DNA of 64,000 bases, taken from NCBI GenBank assembly GCA_030698395.1, contig JAUYKW010000001.1, positions 93,735 to 157,734 on the forward strand, read 5' to 3'. This stretch comes from a bacterium. Its GTDB lineage: Bacteria; Patescibacteriota; Patescibacteriia; UBA9570. Numbering within the stretch: position 1 is the stretch's first letter; every line of letters starts with the position of its first letter. The notes under the pieces were generated by a model. It had not been told where the DNA came from and did not search any database. It was given only the letters and a program-made list of their open reading frames with translations. The translations under genes and the position numbers were made by a program. Of the stretch, positions 60,361-64,000 are shown in pieces.

Positions 60361-62119
60361 ATACTTAAACGCAAAAACTCTGATTCCTATTAGCGTATCC
60401 TTAATGTGCGGTATATTTTTACTTGGCATAGCATTATTAAGTTTTGGATTTGATTGGACAATTTCTGAAATTTCAGCAGAAATTACTTATCTTGGTTTTA
60501 AAAATGCAGAATTCCCATTTTTTTCTTACTTTCATAATGGCGGATCGATGGTTATGCAAGATCCTCAAGGAAGTTTATTATCACCAATAACAATCCTAAT
60601 TGTTATTTTTGGACCCTTGTATGGCTTACGGATCGCTGCATTTTTTTGGGGTTTCATTGGATGCTATTCTTTCTATCGATGGCTTGCTCCTAAAGTTGGT
60701 TTTGAATCATCAATTATAGCTAGTTGCGCTTGGACACTAAGTCTCACGATTGTTTGGCATTTGATAAATGGCAATGACATGTTTTTATGGTATCTAGGAT
60801 TACCATTATTTTTAATCTACATCGAAAAACTTATCCTAAAACCAACTAACAAAACTTTTATATACTTAGGAATTCTTACGGGCATATATATACTAGGCCC
60901 TTCTTTTCATGCATTAGTATTCTTTATTATTCCTGCTTGCATCTTATGGTTTATTACTTTAATTGCTACAAACTTTAAAAAAATATCAAAAACAAAATTA
61001 GCATTAAATATTCTGTTGATAATCGGAATTGCATTGCTAATAGCAATACCAAAAATATACTCCTGGATAGTGTTAGATATGGATAGAACAACTGTTGCAG
61101 AACCAGTAATTTTTATCAAAGATGCGCTATTAGCACTCATTGATTTCAGGCCTTCTTCAATGGTAAAAGATTTTACCACCAAAACTAGTTACTTTTATTC
61201 TTTTTGGGAGGGTAATGTAGCACTACCTCCAATCGCAACTATCTTTGCCTTGCTTGGTCTTGGTATTGGATGGAAAGAAGAAAAACATCGTGTGTTATAT
61301 ATCTTTGCTGGCACTTTACTTTTATCTGGTATTGCTTTCTGTACAATAGGCTGGATCTGGGAATCAATCCGCTGGATTTTTAATGATGGAATAAGATTTT
61401 CTGCACGATACCTAGCATTGTCTGGTTTAGGTTTAGCAATCTACAACGGTATAGGAATAAAATTTATTTTAAATAAATTTAAATATAAAAAAGTATTAAC
61501 CATCATCCTAATATTGCCAAGTTTTATATTTATTGGAATCTGGATGCAACGAGCTTCTACCTATATAATTTCTTATGCAAATGTTGAAAAACAAGTAGTA
61601 GCAGAAATAAATTACCTTTGGAAATCAGATCGCTCATGGATGAAAACTCCTTATTATGGATACATATTGGATAAACAAGTTATATATGAAGAAAGAGAAT
61701 TAACAGGAAGTGGAATACAAAAATTAGACCCTGAAAAAATGCAGGCCAGAATGCTTGAAGATGGTAATAAATATCTATCACCCGAACTTATACCAAACCG
61801 TTTTTCCATGACGAACACCTCTATTCAAGCCCTCAAATTACAGCCACATGAAACAGTAAGAATTAGACTGAATCCTGCTCCCCTTGGAGAAATAATCACG
61901 ACTGAACCTGAAAACTCCAACGTCATTTTAGCAAAGGGAGATAATGAAATAATTCTCACAAATAATGAAGACTCAATTGTAAATCAAGTAACAATAACTC
62001 CACAATCGCCAGTTCCTCCTGCGCTATGGTTTGTTTCAGTGATTACTTTATTACTTACTTCAGGATATTTATTATTTACCATCATTCCAAAAATAAAAAA
62101 TACTGAGACTACTAAATAA
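60344..62119 (+). CDS. Polytopic membrane protein, GT-C/YfhO-like, paralog 2
   Basis: Full-length paralog of the upstream gene (FPFFSYFHNGGSMVMQDPQG, GNDMFLW, EGNVA, PAPLGE); start ATG 60344. Confidence 0.65.
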   Translation: MKKRNKYLNAKTLIPISVSLMCGIFLLGIALLSFGFDWTISEISAEITYLGFKNAEFPFFSYFHNGGSMVMQDPQGSLLSPITILIVIFGPLYGLRIAAFFWGFIGCYSFYRWLAPKVGFESSIIASCAWTLSLTIVWHLINGNDMFLWYLGLPLFLIYIEKLILKPTNKTFIYLGILTGIYILGPSFHALVFFIIPACILWFITLIATNFKKISKTKLALNILLIIGIALLIAIPKIYSWIVLDMDRTTVAEPVIFIKDALLALIDFRPSSMVKDFTTKTSYFYSFWEGNVALPPIATIFALLGLGIGWKEEKHRVLYIFAGTLLLSGIAFCTIGWIWESIRWIFNDGIRFSARYLALSGLGLAIYNGIGIKFILNKFKYKKVLTIILILPSFIFIGIWMQRASTYIISYANVEKQVVAEINYLWKSDRSWMKTPYYGYILDKQVIYEERELTGSGIQKLDPEKMQARMLEDGNKYLSPELIPNRFSMTNTSIQALKLQPHETVRIRLNPAPLGEIITTEPENSNVILAKGDNEIILTNNEDSIVNQVTITPQSPVPPALWFVSVITLLLTSGYLLFTIIPKIKNTETTK

Positions 62120-62137
62120 AACTTAAAGTTTAAAATA

Positions 62138-62169
62138 AAAAATACCAGGTTTATAACCTGGTATTTTTT
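62138..62169. terminator. Bidirectional intrinsic terminator
   Basis: AAAAATACCAGGTT-TAT-AACCTGGTATTTTT between the convergent gene and tRNA. Confidence 0.88.
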
Positions 62170-62171
62170 AT

Positions 62172-62246
62172 TGGCTCAGGAGGCGAGATTCGAACTCGCG
62201 ACCAATTGATTAACAGTCAACTGCTCTACCACTGAGCTACTCCTGA
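62172..62246 (-). tRNA. tRNA-Asn(GTT)
   Basis: TCAGGAGTAGCTCAGTGGTAGAGCAGTTGACTGTTAATCAATTGGTCGCGAGTTCGAATCTCGCCTCCTGAGCCA. Confidence 0.97.
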
Positions 62247-62485
62247 TTTTGCTCATCAAGCCATTTTCGGCCCTGACCACTTTTTAGAAAGTTCTCTCTC
62301 TTTCTAGCCTCGGTCCGGGACGAAAAGCTCTCGACGTATACAAGTTTAAAAGGTTTATTATATCTGGTCCATCTATTCGATCCCCTGTTGTGTTCTCGTA
62401 AACGTTCTTTAGGATCTTTTTCAGTACTACCAATATATCTCTTACCATTCTTTAAACTACGTAACACATAAATATTATATAACAT
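62237..62485 (-). CDS. Stand-alone GIY-YIG nuclease
   Basis: IYVLRS....YIGST....RL.EHN.G...T....P..LVY.E.......A..RE..LKSG.GR; the stop TAG lies within tRNA-Asn. Confidence 0.95.
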   Translation of the reverse strand: MLYNIYVLRSLKNGKRYIGSTEKDPKERLREHNRGSNRWTRYNKPFKLVYVESFSSRTEARKRENFLKSGQGRKWLDEQNQE

Positions 62486-62551
62486 TTAATAGTTCATACT
62501 ACGACTTATAAAAAATTATTATTAAATTGAGAAAGAACTACTTTTTCACTG

Positions 62552-62581
62552 TCCGCCAGAGGCGGATCAGCCTTTGGCTGA
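62552..62581. repeat. 30-nt double palindrome (2 x 15 nt)
   Basis: Minus strand TCAGCC-AAA-GGCTGA + TCCGCC-TCT-GGCGGA; GC-rich in an AT-rich context. Confidence 0.9.
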
Positions 62582-62607
62582 AGCTACTCCTGAATATTGC
62601 ACCGTAG

Positions 62608-62636
62608 ATTCTAAATGATTGCTACGATGCTGTCAA
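62608..62636 (-). promoter_or_regulatory. Sigma70 promoter of the tRNA-Asn locus
   Basis: TTGACA (62636-62631), 17 nt, TAGAAT (62613-62608). Confidence 0.75.
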
Positions 62637-62643
62637 CGTTTAT

Positions 62644-63999
62644 TTAACGCTCATAAATTGTATCTTCTGATAATGGGGTTGTTGGAATATGTTGTACACG
62701 CTCTGGACACACTTTCTGAGCCTCCTCCACCATGCGTAAGGCCATTTTCCAATAAGATACGTGTCTACCTACCCCGGTTCTCAATTTACCCATATAATCA
62801 ACCTGATTCCAACCCATCTTGAATAAAGCCCGCCGTTTAAGTCCCATGGCCATCATATATACTCCAACTTCATGATTTTTCTTACCTAGTTTCTTTCCCA
62901 TATCAGAATGCGCATCCATTACCACCTGATATTCATAAAGATTTCCATACTTCTCTAATTCATCATGCCAATCATATCCATGGTCATATGTATAATCTTG
63001 CGCTATCTGTACTGTGCGCCGATGACGATGTAAATCTCTATAAGATCCCACGTCCATTAATAAATCAAATGTAATACTTTGAGTATCTAGCACTTTTAAT
63101 AGCTCATCATGCTTACCACGTTTTCTTACACCAACCTCATACACTTCATTTTGTTTCTTCCGACTCCAACTATTCACCTGTTTTCGAATTTGATCATAAG
63201 AATAATCAGTCACCCAATACAGCAAAGTAGTTACTGCTTCTACTAACGGATCTTGATTAACAAAAACTTGAACGTCATGATTTGAATCAACTGTCTTTAT
63301 CTTTAAATATTCTTTGGCAACCTGTTTTAAATCTTTTTTCGTATTGATCAAATAATCAATTGGTGCAGTATATTTCACCAAGGTTGGCAATGGATGTACC
63401 GTGGTTAAAACTTTCTTCAAACGACGAATCTTTTTTAATGCATCAGAATTTGATTTAACTTGTCCGGACAAACTATTTAAGGCTGAATTTATTTCCCTAG
63501 AAAAAGGATTGAACATTGGAGTAGAACATGCCGTTTTTAAATCATCAGCTACATCTCGCACCTCGCTATATTCACTAGAATATAATCGAGAGATCATCTT
63601 TTCTAAAGTTCTTCCAGATGTAATCTGACCAACACTAGTATAAGAACCAAGTGGCAACATATAACGCGCAATATCAAATGCTCTTGCTCTTGTAGCAGAT
63701 TTGTATGCTCCTTCTGAATATTTTTTTGGTAATGGATTAGCTTCTCGAATAACTGGCAATAATTCTTTATATGTCCGCTGATAATTATCCATTAAATATT
63801 TTATCCCTGCTTGATAGGATTTCTTCTGATCTGGTTTACCTTTTAAAGTTGCAGGCTCGTGCACTCCATCGGGAGTATATTTTTGATATCTAGTTGATCG
63901 TTCTTGACCATCCCATAACTGCTCATCTACCACATCAATAGCAGCAACCATTGAAATATTATCTAAAGCCATCGATACATGCGCTAAATCTGCTATCGA
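62644..63999 (-). CDS. thyX: FAD-dependent thymidylate synthase, long two-domain type (5' partial)
   Basis: SIADLAH, QERSTRY, FDIARY.LP, RDLHRHR; frame is open to the window edge. Confidence 0.9.
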   Translation of the reverse strand, partial: SIADLAHVSMALDNISMVAAIDVVDEQLWDGQERSTRYQKYTPDGVHEPATLKGKPDQKKSYQAGIKYLMDNYQRTYKELLPVIREANPLPKKYSEGAYKSATRARAFDIARYMLPLGSYTSVGQITSGRTLEKMISRLYSSEYSEVRDVADDLKTACSTPMFNPFSREINSALNSLSGQVKSNSDALKKIRRLKKVLTTVHPLPTLVKYTAPIDYLINTKKDLKQVAKEYLKIKTVDSNHDVQVFVNQDPLVEAVTTLLYWVTDYSYDQIRKQVNSWSRKKQNEVYEVGVRKRGKHDELLKVLDTQSITFDLLMDVGSYRDLHRHRRTVQIAQDYTYDHGYDWHDELEKYGNLYEYQVVMDAHSDMGKKLGKKNHEVGVYMMAMGLKRRALFKMGWNQVDYMGKLRTGVGRHVSYWKMALRMVEEAQKVCPERVQHIPTTPLSEDTIYER

Positions 64000-64000
64000 A

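Larger units (their letters stand above)
62230..62593 (-). mobile_element. Putative tRNA-targeting GIY-YIG mini-element flanked by a 17-bp tRNA 5'-end direct repeat
   Basis: TCAGGAGTAGCTCAGTG at 62246-62230 recurs at 62593-62547, split by a 30-nt insert. Confidence 0.7.

Noticed and set aside
62247-62546. Group I intron in tRNA-Asn encoding the GIY-YIG
   Set aside because: The tRNA is uninterrupted and under 70 nt of non-coding sequence remains, too little for a ribozyme core.
584-63628. Many short ORFs in the track (e.g. 2718..3260, 13752..14102, 35398..35889, 39777..39983)
   Set aside because: They are antisense or alternate-frame shadows of well-supported genes and show no recognisable motifs.
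1-64000. CRISPR array or prophage
   Set aside because: No regularly spaced repeats with unique spacers, and no cas, integrase, terminase or capsid genes recognised.
1-64000. Recoded TGA (code 25, Gracilibacteria/Absconditabacteria)
   Set aside because: Long conserved genes are intact in code 11 and TGA terminates yqeY, lepB, der and dprA at expected positions.

Overview
AT-rich, densely coding bacterial chromosome segment in standard code 11 (TGA is used as a stop). The gene content suggests a Patescibacteria/CPR organism (ABY1-like), which is an inference. Housekeeping genes: rpsU, yqeY, hit, hisS, lepB, der, pth, a short mfd, dprA, topA, rel, parA/parB, hup, htrA, thyX, tRNA-Leu(CAA) and tRNA-Asn(GTT). 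These are interleaved with many acidic, Ca-binding or Cys-rich surface proteins, including a 2887-aa protein with pilin-like domains at both ends. Main findings: (1) a ~320-bp GIY-YIG mini-element at the 5' end of tRNA-Asn, with a 17-bp duplication, a 30-nt double-hairpin insert, and a stop codon that lies inside the tRNA; a similar displaced 5' fragment precedes tRNA-Leu. (2) A PAS-kinase/receiver module bounded by a 47-bp exact direct repeat that stores an alternative pilin C-terminus. (3) A cobalamin riboswitch with three extra hairpins upstream of two DUF4430/transcobalamin-like genes. (4) Both CSLREA adhesin paralogs are broken by single-base homopolymer frameshifts. (5) rpsU has a perfect SD and apparently an ATT start. 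(6) An unassigned three-way-junction RNA with an anti-SD loop. All family calls come from motif recognition by eye; no searches were run.
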